Assembly: GCA_031372765.1 (NCBI GenBank)
Contig: JANMLW010000064.1
Location: forward strand, 1-55,130
Direction of reading: 5' to 3'
DNA: 55,130 nucleotides
From: Hyphomicrobiales bacterium
GTDB taxonomy: Bacteria; Pseudomonadota; Alphaproteobacteria; Rhizobiales; Beijerinckiaceae
Under the pieces are notes generated by a model. It did no database searches. It was not told the DNA's origin and worked only from the letters and a program-made list of their open reading frames with translations. Position 1 is the stretch's first letter, and each line of letters starts with the position of its first letter. Shown here one piece after another: positions 46,701 to 54,371 of the stretch. Both the position numbers and the translations under genes were made by a program.

Positions 46701-47190
46701 GCACCCGACGGCGGGCCTGGGGCTTGGCGGCGATGATCTCGCCAATCTGCCCCTGTCGCACCATGGCGGGGGAACGGGCCCCGGTGGCGGCATCGGCAAA
46801 GAGCAGCTGCACATCCCGCGCACGCGCCTCGCGTGTATTGATTCGGTAGGTTGAGCCTTCCTCGCGCTCTATGCGACGCGAAATTTCCAGTTTGTCCGCA
46901 TCGTTGAAGGCGGCAGGAGCCGTGCGGCTGTCGTTATCGACGATCAGTGACACCTCAGCCATGTTGCGGGCAGGGCGGCCGCCCGAACCATTGAAGATGA
47001 CATCATCCATGGCAGAGCCGCGCATGGATTTGAACGATGTCTCGCCCATCACCCAGCGCATGGCCTCGACAAGGTTGGACTTGCCACAGCCGTTGGGGCC
47101 AACAACACCCGTGAGCCCGGGCTCGATCGCGAACTCGGTCGGATCAACGAACGTCTTGAAGCCAACGATGCGAAGTTTCTCGAACTTCAT
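43741..47190 (-). CDS. smc: Chromosome partition protein Smc
   Basis: Has the N-terminus MKFEKLRIVGFKTF, Walker A GPNGCGKSN, long coiled coils, the signature LSGGEQALTA, and Walker B CVLDEIDAPLD. Confidence 0.95.
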   Translation of the reverse strand: MKFEKLRIVGFKTFVDPTEFAIEPGLTGVVGPNGCGKSNLVEAMRWVMGETSFKSMRGSAMDDVIFNGSGGRPARNMAEVSLIVDNDSRTAPAAFNDADKLEISRRIEREEGSTYRINTREARARDVQLLFADAATGARSPAMVRQGQIGEIIAAKPQARRRVLEDAAGIAGLYSRRHEAELRLKATEDNLLRVEDILRHLDGQVESLSRQARQSIRYKEIAGHIRKAEALLLHLAVLDARSQLQIAERQFDSDTRAVAERTRLQGEAARAQAVADHAIQPLREEETRRSAALQRLQIAREQIDAEERRAKSRATELEARLTELDRDRDRGRQTIEDANRSLTALEGEDSILEAASKSDAAGRPSAAAHMQHVERDLASAEQSLTDSQGALADLLARRQASERAVREAAERLSRAEAQLAQADREIAALGEVAGGVDLVALRKRFGEASAGLAAAETAQQAAEAHLASTRDGENKARPYLAEAERNSQRLETEIRTLKKVLEGAGGDLWPPIVDELTVTKGYEIALGAAMGDDLDASSNTTAPVHWSVVAGTAGDPPLPPQVDPLSRHVKAPPALALRLAQIGVVSRAEGAAFRRLLKPGQRLVSREGDLWRWDGLTAAAEAPTAAARRLAERNRLGEIEDAATAARNTLASLRAEAEALQQNVRAAGVAEQDARNAVRTARMNNDQARDLLAAAERKDAERAARLQALNDNRQRLLANRDDAVAAKRATEQAAEGFQPDSELNSIVNERRAVVAQRRADAAEARAALQTIDREIAMRDGRRATIVNEITAWNERKTRALQQAEEINERVVAVQGEQQALEAAPDDFVVRRRALIHEIDGAETARKEAADKRALAETTFADADKVARVMLQDLASSREARARSEAMVETGRLRVEEVERAVEETLEVAPSALSDMAGLVPGQDLPPLRATEEKLQNLKRERERLGAVNLRADEELQDAEQKRTDLTAEREDLDGAIRKLRRGIQSLNSEGRERLLASFEVVNGHFKRLFVTLFGGGEAELQLIESDDPLEAGLEIMAKPPGKKPTVLTLLSGGEQALTATALIFAVFLTNPSPICVLDEIDAPLDDHNVERLCALLDDMVASTETRFIIITHNPITMARMDRLFGVTMAERGISQLVSVDLQSAEKLVA

Positions 47191-47237
47191 GGGAGACTAT
47201 CTCAGGCCTTTCAATCGCTGAAGGGCCGGGAGGCTCC

Positions 47238-47894
47238 TCAGGTTTTCAGTAGCGGCTCGATGATGGCATCAAGTTGTGATGCGGTCAGCGCCCCGGTTGC
47301 CTTCCGGCCGTTGAAGAAAAATGTCGGGGTCGAATCGACTTTGAACTTTTCCGTGCCCCGTTTGCGTACGTCATTCACGCCGTCATAAATCGACTGGTTT
47401 TTCAAGCACGTCTCGAAGGATTCCTGTGTGAAACCCGCCTGTTTCATCAAGGATAGCAGCACATCAACCGGTTTGTCTGTCTGGGTCCAGGTCTTTTGCT
47501 GGGCAAAAAGCAGATCAACGATGGGATAAAACTTACCCTCTCCGCCACAATGCGACAGCATGAAACCGGCTGAAGCTAGGGGGTTAGTCGGATATTCCCG
47601 CATGATGTATCTAACTTTACCGGTATCGATGTACTTCTCTTTCAGGTGTTTGAAGCCATTTGCATGAAACTCAGCGCAAAAGCCGCAGGTCAATGACGCA
47701 TATTCATAGCAGGTGACCGGCGCGAGAGTGTTGCCAAGAACCTTGTCGCCCAGTGGTCCGGCTTGCGCCAGATCAGCCGCGCTATAGGCGGCATCCTGTG
47801 AAAAAGCGGCAGTTGGCAGCAGACTGGCAACGCCAAGGGCTGAGGCTGAAGCCAGCAGGGTGCGCAGGTGGGTTCTACGGTTGATCATCGACAT
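47238..47894 (-). CDS. DsbA-family thiol:disulfide oxidoreductase
   Basis: Has a signal peptide (RRTHLRTLLASASALGVASLLPTAAFS) and a CGFC active site. Confidence 0.85.
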   Translation of the reverse strand: MSMINRRTHLRTLLASASALGVASLLPTAAFSQDAAYSAADLAQAGPLGDKVLGNTLAPVTCYEYASLTCGFCAEFHANGFKHLKEKYIDTGKVRYIMREYPTNPLASAGFMLSHCGGEGKFYPIVDLLFAQQKTWTQTDKPVDVLLSLMKQAGFTQESFETCLKNQSIYDGVNDVRKRGTEKFKVDSTPTFFFNGRKATGALTASQLDAIIEPLLKT

Positions 47895-47989
47895 CGTGAT
47901 ATCCTGTGGCAGTCGTGTTTTTTGCAAGGCCATTAAATGGCATCAGTAACGATCCTGAATAATGTGGCAAGCATAAGGAGATTGGCTCC

Positions 47990-48073
47990 ATGCAAAATGC
48001 CGTGATCGGAAAAAAATCATGCTCGCCCTATCGTTTCCCATCCGCGCTGGTTAAGGAGATGGCCACATCGTGA
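47990..48073 (+). CDS. Possible 27-aa small ORF or leader peptide
   Basis: An AAGGAGA Shine-Dalgarno sequence lies 8 nt upstream of the ATG. The product would be MQNAVIGKKSCSPYRFPSALVKEMATS. I have no other support. Confidence 0.2.
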   Translation: MQNAVIGKKSCSPYRFPSALVKEMATS

Positions 48074-48095
48074 AACGCACCCAACCGAGGCAGAC

Positions 48096-48524
48096 ATGCT
48101 CAAGCTCCGATCCGCGCAGAAAATCATCAAGGTCGCCCTTGAAAACGCCCGCACACACAATATGAAGCCGCTGGGCATAGCTGTTGTTGATGCGCGTGGC
48201 GCACTGGTGGCCTATTCAGCCGAGGATGGATCGAGCCTGAAGCGCGAGAAGATCGCGCGTGGCAAAGCCGACGGCAGCATTGCCATGGGTGTTTCATCGC
48301 GGGTTATTGCCAAAATGGCGGCGGACCGGCCGCATTTCATCGCTGCGGCCAGTCATGCCTTTGGCGGCTCGCTTATTCCCGTACCGGGTGGTGTTATCAT
48401 ACGAGACGCCAAGGGTGAGGTTGTCGGTGCTGTCGGCGTATCGGGTGATACTTCCGACAACGATGAACTGGTGGCCGTGAAGGGTATCGAAGCCGCTGGC
48501 CTCAAGGCTGATACCGGGGCTTGA
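48096..48524 (+). CDS. GlcG/HbpS-like (DUF336) heme-binding protein
   Basis: Carries AVVDARGALVA, GGVIIRDAKGEVVGAVGVSG and the sequence DNDE. Confidence 0.85.
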   Translation: MLKLRSAQKIIKVALENARTHNMKPLGIAVVDARGALVAYSAEDGSSLKREKIARGKADGSIAMGVSSRVIAKMAADRPHFIAAASHAFGGSLIPVPGGVIIRDAKGEVVGAVGVSGDTSDNDELVAVKGIEAAGLKADTGA

Positions 48525-48531
48525 CAGCGGT

Positions 48532-49506
48532 TCAGCCCGTCTTGAGCAAAATCTGCTTCCAGACAGCGGTTTCATCATAGATTACCCACTCACGCCGCAG
48601 GCCCCAGGGGCCAAACTCGGCGTGACTCATGCCCAGGACATACACATCAGCGCCGGTTGGTGCGCCAAACGCGCCCCAGCCGCTGTGCTTGCCATGCAGC
48701 GACCAGCGCAACGCAGCGCGTGGCGGCATAAGCGGATCCTCGCGACCGATCTGGTGGTCGATCTGGAAAGCAGCGTTCGGGAAAGCCGCCCGCAGGCCAA
48801 GCCAGAAACTGTCGACATCGCCAAAGCTGTAACCGGTCACACCGCCCGGCTGTTCCTGTATCACGGCACGGTCATAAACCTTGGGCACCCGGTCCATCTC
48901 ACCGGCCATGATGCGCGTCAGCAGATCAGCGTATTGCGCACCCCATTGATTGGTGTTGCCCCGACCCTTGTAGGGGCCAGCAACATCATTGGCAGGGGTT
49001 AAGGGCTTGACACAATGCTCCGCGCCGCCTTCCCGCGCGATGAGATCAGCCGCAAAAGCCTTGGGATCAAGCCCTAGCTGGCGCACGATGGCACCCTGAT
49101 CGCGGATCAGCCACTCATCATCGATGACGCCGTTGCGGGCGGCACAGTCAGCGATGATCCGGTAAACCAGTTTTCTGCCCGTGGCCTTGCCGTAGACCCC
49201 GTCCCGCGCGTGCGTGGCGGTGGAGAGCAACCGGTGCGAAGAGAGATAATGATCGCCCACGCCCTCGGACCAGATCACATCCTCGCCCAGCAGCGTGCGG
49301 TCTGGAAACTCAGCCAATGTCGCCATGGTGGCTGCAATCACCGGCTTGTTGCCAATGACAACGGAGGCGGGTGAGCGTACGGGGATGGATTCGGCATAGG
49401 TCCGGTGCAGCGTGGCAATGCCGCGGTCCTCCCAGATTTCCTTTGTGATGCCGATGATATAGTCCGGAAAATCTTTCCAGCGCTGGCCAAAACCCTTGAG
49501 AGTCAT
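48532..49506 (-). CDS. Tandem-domain SnoaL/NTF2-like (ester cyclase-like) protein
   Basis: Contains two SnoaL-like halves; the second reads FWLGLRAAFPNAAFQIDHQIG...LRWSLHGKHSGWGAFGAPTGADVYVLGMSHAEF. The start is trimmed to MTLKGF at 49506. Confidence 0.65.
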   Translation of the reverse strand: MTLKGFGQRWKDFPDYIIGITKEIWEDRGIATLHRTYAESIPVRSPASVVIGNKPVIAATMATLAEFPDRTLLGEDVIWSEGVGDHYLSSHRLLSTATHARDGVYGKATGRKLVYRIIADCAARNGVIDDEWLIRDQGAIVRQLGLDPKAFAADLIAREGGAEHCVKPLTPANDVAGPYKGRGNTNQWGAQYADLLTRIMAGEMDRVPKVYDRAVIQEQPGGVTGYSFGDVDSFWLGLRAAFPNAAFQIDHQIGREDPLMPPRAALRWSLHGKHSGWGAFGAPTGADVYVLGMSHAEFGPWGLRREWVIYDETAVWKQILLKTG

Positions 49507-49515
49507 CCTGTCTTT

Positions 49516-49560
49516 CCTGTTCAACCCTTGCCTGTTCAACCCTTGCCAGTTCAACCCTTG
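49516..49560. repeat. Three tandem copies of a 15-bp unit (cctgttcaacccttg, cctgttcaacccttg, ccagttcaacccttg)
   Basis: Read directly from the sequence. The third copy contains the stop codon and last codons (VKG*) of the permease gene on the minus strand. Confidence 0.85.
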
Positions 49561-50762
49561 ACCGCACCAGCCGTAAGGCCGGAGACGATCTGCTTCTGGA
49601 ACACCATGACCAGCAGGAACAGCGGTGCGGTGATGGATACTGCCGCCGCAATCGCTTCGATCTGATCAGACAGCCGTGTGTCGCGGTTGAGATACTGGCT
49701 GATGGCAGGAACCATGGTCTGGGACTGTGCGTCGAGCAACAGCGCCGTTACGAGATAATCGTTGTAGGCGAGTAGAAACGAAAACAGGCCCGTAGTGATA
49801 ACGCCCGGCCACATCACCGGCATGATGACCCGCCAGAACGCCCCGAACTGGGTACAGCCGTCCACCCGAGCGGCCTCATCCAGTTCATTGGGGATGTTCA
49901 TGAAGAATGAGCGCATCATCCAGATGGTGAAAGGCTGGTTGATCGAGACAAGCACGATGATGATTGCGAGCGGCTGGCCATAGAGCGAAGGCGCATTGGC
50001 GCTGAACAACTGGAAGAACCAGCCCGTCAACGGGAATGTCCACAGAGGGGCCAGCCATTCCCGCGAGTTGATGAAAACGGGGATGTAGCCGGTGACAAGC
50101 ACGGAATGGGGCAGGGCGCGGAAGACAAGGGCAGCGATCAGCAGCCAGAAGGCGAGATTGCTTTTGGTCCGCGCCAGTCCGTAGGCAGCCAGGGTGCCGA
50201 CCGTTAGCGAGACTGTCACCACGCCGAAGGTGATCATCATGGAATTGAGGAAATTGCGATAGAATTCGTGTTGAATCCAGACAGCGCGGTAATGCTCCAG
50301 CGTCACGCCGATGATCGGTTCCGCCAGCAAGCCCAGCAGCGGAACCTTGATCAGTATGGCATTGATGAGACTGGAAACAAGCGGCAGCAGCATGAACAGA
50401 AGCACGCCGGCAAGAGCGAGATAGAGGACGACGAAGACCAGCCAGCCGATGATCATCCGCCCTTGAGGCGCAAGCCTTGCAGCAACCGCCTGTCCATAGC
50501 GTATCGGTGCCTGATAAATTACCACCAGCACGGCGATGCCAAGGGCAAGACTGATGATCGACAATCCGCCCACATTTGCGCGTGTGCTGGGCCCCAGGAT
50601 GACATTCAGAGGATTCGACGATAGCGCATCCACCGGCAGTTTGAACGACATGATAGCCACCCAGAACAAGGGAAACATGGCAACAAGTGCCCAGAGCGCC
50701 ACGAAACCGCCAATCAGCAGTTTCATCGCCAGAGGTGGTTGCAGGGCTTTGGTGTCTGCCAT
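49551..50762 (-). CDS. Sugar ABC transporter permease (MalG-like) with a hydrophobic insertion of about 110 aa
   Basis: Has an EAA loop (DEAARVDGCTQFGAFW). At 403 aa it exceeds the roughly 280 aa usual for this family, with extra hydrophobic segments after TM1. Confidence 0.88.
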   Translation of the reverse strand: MADTKALQPPLAMKLLIGGFVALWALVAMFPLFWVAIMSFKLPVDALSSNPLNVILGPSTRANVGGLSIISLALGIAVLVVIYQAPIRYGQAVAARLAPQGRMIIGWLVFVVLYLALAGVLLFMLLPLVSSLINAILIKVPLLGLLAEPIIGVTLEHYRAVWIQHEFYRNFLNSMMITFGVVTVSLTVGTLAAYGLARTKSNLAFWLLIAALVFRALPHSVLVTGYIPVFINSREWLAPLWTFPLTGWFFQLFSANAPSLYGQPLAIIIVLVSINQPFTIWMMRSFFMNIPNELDEAARVDGCTQFGAFWRVIMPVMWPGVITTGLFSFLLAYNDYLVTALLLDAQSQTMVPAISQYLNRDTRLSDQIEAIAAAVSITAPLFLLVMVFQKQIVSGLTAGAVKG

Positions 50763-50772
50763 CGTGCTGCTC

Positions 50773-51801
50773 CTAGCGTGAGACGCGGTTGTCGCGCCAG
50801 GTGCGCATCAGCAGCGGGATCAGCAACAGCACGATGCCCACCATGGTCAGCATGGAAGAGGCGGAGGCCCGCGAGATCGAGCGGTTGCCGGTTTCATCGG
50901 GCATCAGGTAGCTGAAGGTGAGCCATTGCAGCGAGATACGATGCGCTTCGCTGGAGAAGCCGATCACCTCCTCGAAGACGCGGTACGAATCCATCAAGTG
51001 GATCAGGCTGATGAAGACGATCAGCGGCATCAGATGCGGGATGATGACATGGCGCAAACGCTCCATGCGGGAAGCTCCGTCGACAATGGCGGATTCGAGC
51101 GTGTCCTGATCGACCGTCTGCAATCCGGCATAGAACACCACGAAGGCAAAGGGCGCGACATGCCAGACACGGTAGACCATCATCAGGACCTCGATTGTCC
51201 AGCCCTGCGCGAACATGGCGATGGAACTGCCCGTCATCCAGCGAAGGGCAGCCGTCAGGATACCATCGCCAATGAACAGCCAGCGGATTGACAGCGCACC
51301 GATCACCGGCGTGACGATGAAGGGCAGCAGGGATATGAAGATCAGTGGCCCGCGAATGGATTTCGTCAGGTTGTTGACAGCCAACGCGATCAGCAATCCC
51401 AATCCCACCACCAGTGGCAGGGTGATCAGCGTGAAGGACAGGGTGAAACGCAGTGCCTTGTAAAAATCGATTGTCATCAAGGCCGAGAGGCCGCCGCCAC
51501 CCGCTGCAAAGGCTTTTGACACCTCTTCCGGCTTCAGCAACTGGCGATAGGATTCAAGCCCGACAAAGCTGGTCGTTGTCATCGGCTTGCCAGCCGCATC
51601 CATAACCTGCCGTGAGCGGAGTTCGGTTGTGCAGGTCTGCGTGGTGAAGCCGGGTGTGCAGCTTTCCACGCTTATCTGCTGGAACACCTGTTGCGTGCTG
51701 TAGAAGCTCTGCACGAAAACGCTGATCAGCGGCAGCGCAATGAAGATCAGCATCAGAACCACTGATGGCGCCACAAACGCTGCGAAGGTGCGTGCCTTCA
51801 T
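50773..51801 (-). CDS. Sugar ABC transporter permease (MalF-like) with an extended Cys-containing periplasmic loop
   Basis: Has an EAA loop (ESAIVDGASRMERL). The loop between TM1 and TM2 reads SVESCTPGFTTQTCTTEL. Confidence 0.88.
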   Translation of the reverse strand: MKARTFAAFVAPSVVLMLIFIALPLISVFVQSFYSTQQVFQQISVESCTPGFTTQTCTTELRSRQVMDAAGKPMTTTSFVGLESYRQLLKPEEVSKAFAAGGGGLSALMTIDFYKALRFTLSFTLITLPLVVGLGLLIALAVNNLTKSIRGPLIFISLLPFIVTPVIGALSIRWLFIGDGILTAALRWMTGSSIAMFAQGWTIEVLMMVYRVWHVAPFAFVVFYAGLQTVDQDTLESAIVDGASRMERLRHVIIPHLMPLIVFISLIHLMDSYRVFEEVIGFSSEAHRISLQWLTFSYLMPDETGNRSISRASASSMLTMVGIVLLLIPLLMRTWRDNRVSR

Positions 51802-51832
51802 ATGGGTGATCCGTTCAGCTGGTTAGGGAATG

Positions 51833-51857
51833 GTCCTCCCGACATGCGGGAGGACCG
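51833..51857 (-). promoter_or_regulatory. Intercistronic stem-loop directly after the binding-protein gene
   Basis: GGTCCTCCCG pairs with CGGGAGGACC (a perfect 10-bp stem) around a 5-nt loop. It lies between the binding-protein stop (51880) and the permease start (51801). Confidence 0.55.
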
Positions 51858-51879
51858 GATCGAAGTCGTAATTAGCACC

Positions 51880-53094
51880 CTATTTGATCAGTCCGGCTTC
51901 CTTGGCCTTGGTTGTGTAGGTCGACTCGATGGCCGCCAATGTCTGCTCGGCAGTGGTCTTGCCGGTCATGAAATCGGCAACCCGCTCACCGATGGCAGCT
52001 GACATGATGCCCATCTGCGTGGTGGAAGGATAGTTCGGTGCGCCACCATCCGCCGAAGCGATGGCACCGCCTGCCAGCCGGTTTGGCACATAGCCCTTAA
52101 CCAGCCAGACGGCCGCCGCGTTGTTGGCTTTCACCATCTCCTCGTCGATGCCTTCCATTGCCACGCGGAAAGCCGCATCAGCCTCTGCATCAGGGATGTT
52201 CTTGGCCACTACCAGACCATCCCACCAAAGCGTGGTGGCAGGCTTGCCACCGGCCATGGCCAATGGTGCGGCAGCCATGGCGATCTTGCCGACAAACTGG
52301 CTTTCCTTGGGATCATCAAGCGCACCGGCGCGTGACGCCCAGAGGTTTGCCATGGCGATCTTGCCCTGCTGGAACTGCTTCTGCACGAAGGTCGAATCCG
52401 ACACCAGATATTCTGGGTCCATGTAGGCGGTCAGACGCTTCATCATGGTCAGGGTCTTCACACCCGCTTCCGAATTGACGCTGGGGGTGCTGTCAGCCTT
52501 GACGAAGGTGCCGCCATAGCCAAAGAACATGTTGATGAAGTCCTGGCCGATATCAAAGCCCGCCTTCATCGTGGCACCCAATGGATACTGGAACTTGCCT
52601 GAGGCCTTCAGCTTTTCAGCCGCGGCCAGAACTTCATCCCATGTCTTGGGCGGTGCGATGCCGGCGTCCTTCAAGGCATCCTCGCGGAACATGAAGTGCT
52701 GCGCGTTGACCATCATCGCTACAGCCATGATCTTGCCATCAACCTTGATGAACTGGTTTGGCGTCAGGTGCTTGCCGTATTTCGCCACAAGATCATCCAG
52801 CGGGCGGATGGACCCGGCGTTGAGCAGGGGAACGAGCGTGCCGTTGGCGACACCGCCCAGATGATAGAGCGACGGATTGGCCGCGAAAGCCGCTGGCTGC
52901 TTGGTGCGGAAGGTCTGGTCGAGTTCCGCCTGCACATTGCCGCACTCGCCCATTGCGGATGTCACGGCTTTCCAGGCCTCAAAAGCTGCGGTCAGTGACT
53001 TCACCGGAACCGTGTTCTGGAACGAGCAGGCGGCATGCGCCGATACCGACATCATCAGCGACAGTGTGATGCCTGCGATTGTTTTCTTGATCAT
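51880..53094 (-). CDS. Sugar ABC transporter periplasmic substrate-binding protein
   Basis: Has a signal peptide (MIKKTIAGITLSLMMSVSAHA). The start is trimmed to 53094. Confidence 0.88.
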   Translation of the reverse strand: MIKKTIAGITLSLMMSVSAHAACSFQNTVPVKSLTAAFEAWKAVTSAMGECGNVQAELDQTFRTKQPAAFAANPSLYHLGGVANGTLVPLLNAGSIRPLDDLVAKYGKHLTPNQFIKVDGKIMAVAMMVNAQHFMFREDALKDAGIAPPKTWDEVLAAAEKLKASGKFQYPLGATMKAGFDIGQDFINMFFGYGGTFVKADSTPSVNSEAGVKTLTMMKRLTAYMDPEYLVSDSTFVQKQFQQGKIAMANLWASRAGALDDPKESQFVGKIAMAAAPLAMAGGKPATTLWWDGLVVAKNIPDAEADAAFRVAMEGIDEEMVKANNAAAVWLVKGYVPNRLAGGAIASADGGAPNYPSTTQMGIMSAAIGERVADFMTGKTTAEQTLAAIESTYTTKAKEAGLIK

Positions 53095-53147
53095 GGTTGT
53101 TCTCCGTGTGTGGTTCGACGTGATTGAATCAGAGTAATGACGTATGC

Positions 53148-54194
53148 TCACAGGCGCTCTCCGCTGCCCTGTGCAAAAAGATGGCAGACCGCAGGTCTGA
53201 CCGTGAAAGCGATACTGTCGCCGATATTGGCGCGGAATTCCTTGGGTGCCTTAAGGGCGATCAGTGATGGACCGGAGCGGACAGAGACAAGGGTGGCATC
53301 GCCCAGCAGTTCGATGCTGTAGACCTGCGCGTTGACCTCACCCTTGGCTGTCGCCAGCTGTGCATCCTCTGCGCGGAACCCAAGCGTCACCTTGCCGGTG
53401 TGCGTCTTGCTCAAGCCGCCAATGGAAACCTGTGGCGCTGTGAAAATCCCGCCGCTGATGTCCCCGTCAATCAGGTTCATCGCCGGAGAACCGATAAAAC
53501 CCGCCACGAAGGTGTTTGCTGGCCGGTCATAGATTTCCGTCGGTGTGCCAACCTGCTGGAAGGCGCCCTTGTTCATGACAACCACACGGTCCGCCAGTGT
53601 CATCGCCTCGATCTGGTCATGGGTGACATAAATGGTCGTGACCTTGAGCTCATGCTGCAGGTTCTTGATCTGGGCACGGGTTGAAACGCGCAGTTTGGCG
53701 TCAAGATTGGACAAGGGTTCATCCATGAGGAACACCGCCGGTTCACGCACGATGGCGCGGGCCAGCGCCACACGCTGCCGCTGGCCGCCGGAAAGCTCAC
53801 GCGGGCGGCGCTCCAGCAGGTCGCCGAGTTCCACCATGGCAGCTGCTTTCAACACGCGGGTGTGGTGGGTTTGCGCGTCCACCTTGCGCACCTTGAGGGG
53901 AAAGCGGATGTTCTCGTAGACTGTCAGATTGGGATAAAGACCGTAATTCTGGAAGACCATGGCCACGTCGCGATCCTTGGGTTCCAGATCATTGACGACA
54001 CGGCCGCCAATGCGGATTTCGCCATCTGATGGATCTTCAAGTCCTGCGATCATGCGCATCGTCGTTGTCTTGCCGCAGCCCGACGGGCCAAGGAACACGA
54101 TGAATTCGCGATCGGCTATTTCCAGGTCAATCGCCTTGACCCCGAAGGTTGTGCCCCAACGCTTGCTGACCCCGCGCAATGAAACGTCGACCAT
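53148..54194 (-). CDS. Sugar ABC transporter ATP-binding protein (UgpC/MalK type)
   Basis: Carries Walker A GPSGCGKTT, the signature LSGGQRQRVALAR, and Walker B FLMDEPLSNLD. Confidence 0.93.
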   Translation of the reverse strand: MVDVSLRGVSKRWGTTFGVKAIDLEIADREFIVFLGPSGCGKTTTMRMIAGLEDPSDGEIRIGGRVVNDLEPKDRDVAMVFQNYGLYPNLTVYENIRFPLKVRKVDAQTHHTRVLKAAAMVELGDLLERRPRELSGGQRQRVALARAIVREPAVFLMDEPLSNLDAKLRVSTRAQIKNLQHELKVTTIYVTHDQIEAMTLADRVVVMNKGAFQQVGTPTEIYDRPANTFVAGFIGSPAMNLIDGDISGGIFTAPQVSIGGLSKTHTGKVTLGFRAEDAQLATAKGEVNAQVYSIELLGDATLVSVRSGPSLIALKAPKEFRANIGDSIAFTVRPAVCHLFAQGSGERL

Positions 54195-54236
54195 CGGTCA
54201 TTGCCCTCCCAGACAAGCGAAATAACCCTTACCACT

Positions 54237-54263
54237 GGTTGAAAGACTCCCTGACTTTCAACC
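54237..54263. promoter_or_regulatory. 9-bp perfect inverted repeat GGTTGAAAG-N9-CTTTCAACC in a divergent promoter region
   Basis: Read directly from the sequence. It lies between the ABC operon (minus strand) and the SnoaL-like gene (plus strand). Confidence 0.35.
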
Positions 54264-54371
54264 CGAGGTCATTATCTTGACAGATAGTGAATACGTATGC
54301 AAGACCGCTTCATCTGTGTCATTTCCCAAGTAATCCCGGTGCTGGCATAACCGGCTGTATGGTTCTTCCTG

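Noticed and set aside
45168-46854. Long plus-strand ORFs (490 aa and 352 aa) inside smc
   Set aside because: They are antisense shadow frames of a GC3-rich gene. Their products are Arg/Pro/Ala-rich with no motifs, whereas the minus frame encodes a complete SMC protein.
49507-49554. N-terminal extension MNWQGLNRQGLNRKDR of the SnoaL-like ORF
   Set aside because: The extension is simply a translation of the 15-bp tandem repeat, and it overlaps the upstream permease stop. The internal ATG at 49506 (MTLKGF) is the more plausible start.
49516-49560. The tandem 15-bp repeats as a possible CRISPR or minisatellite array
   Set aside because: There are only three contiguous copies with no spacers, and no cas genes in the window. 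They are better explained as a slippage duplication of a gene end.
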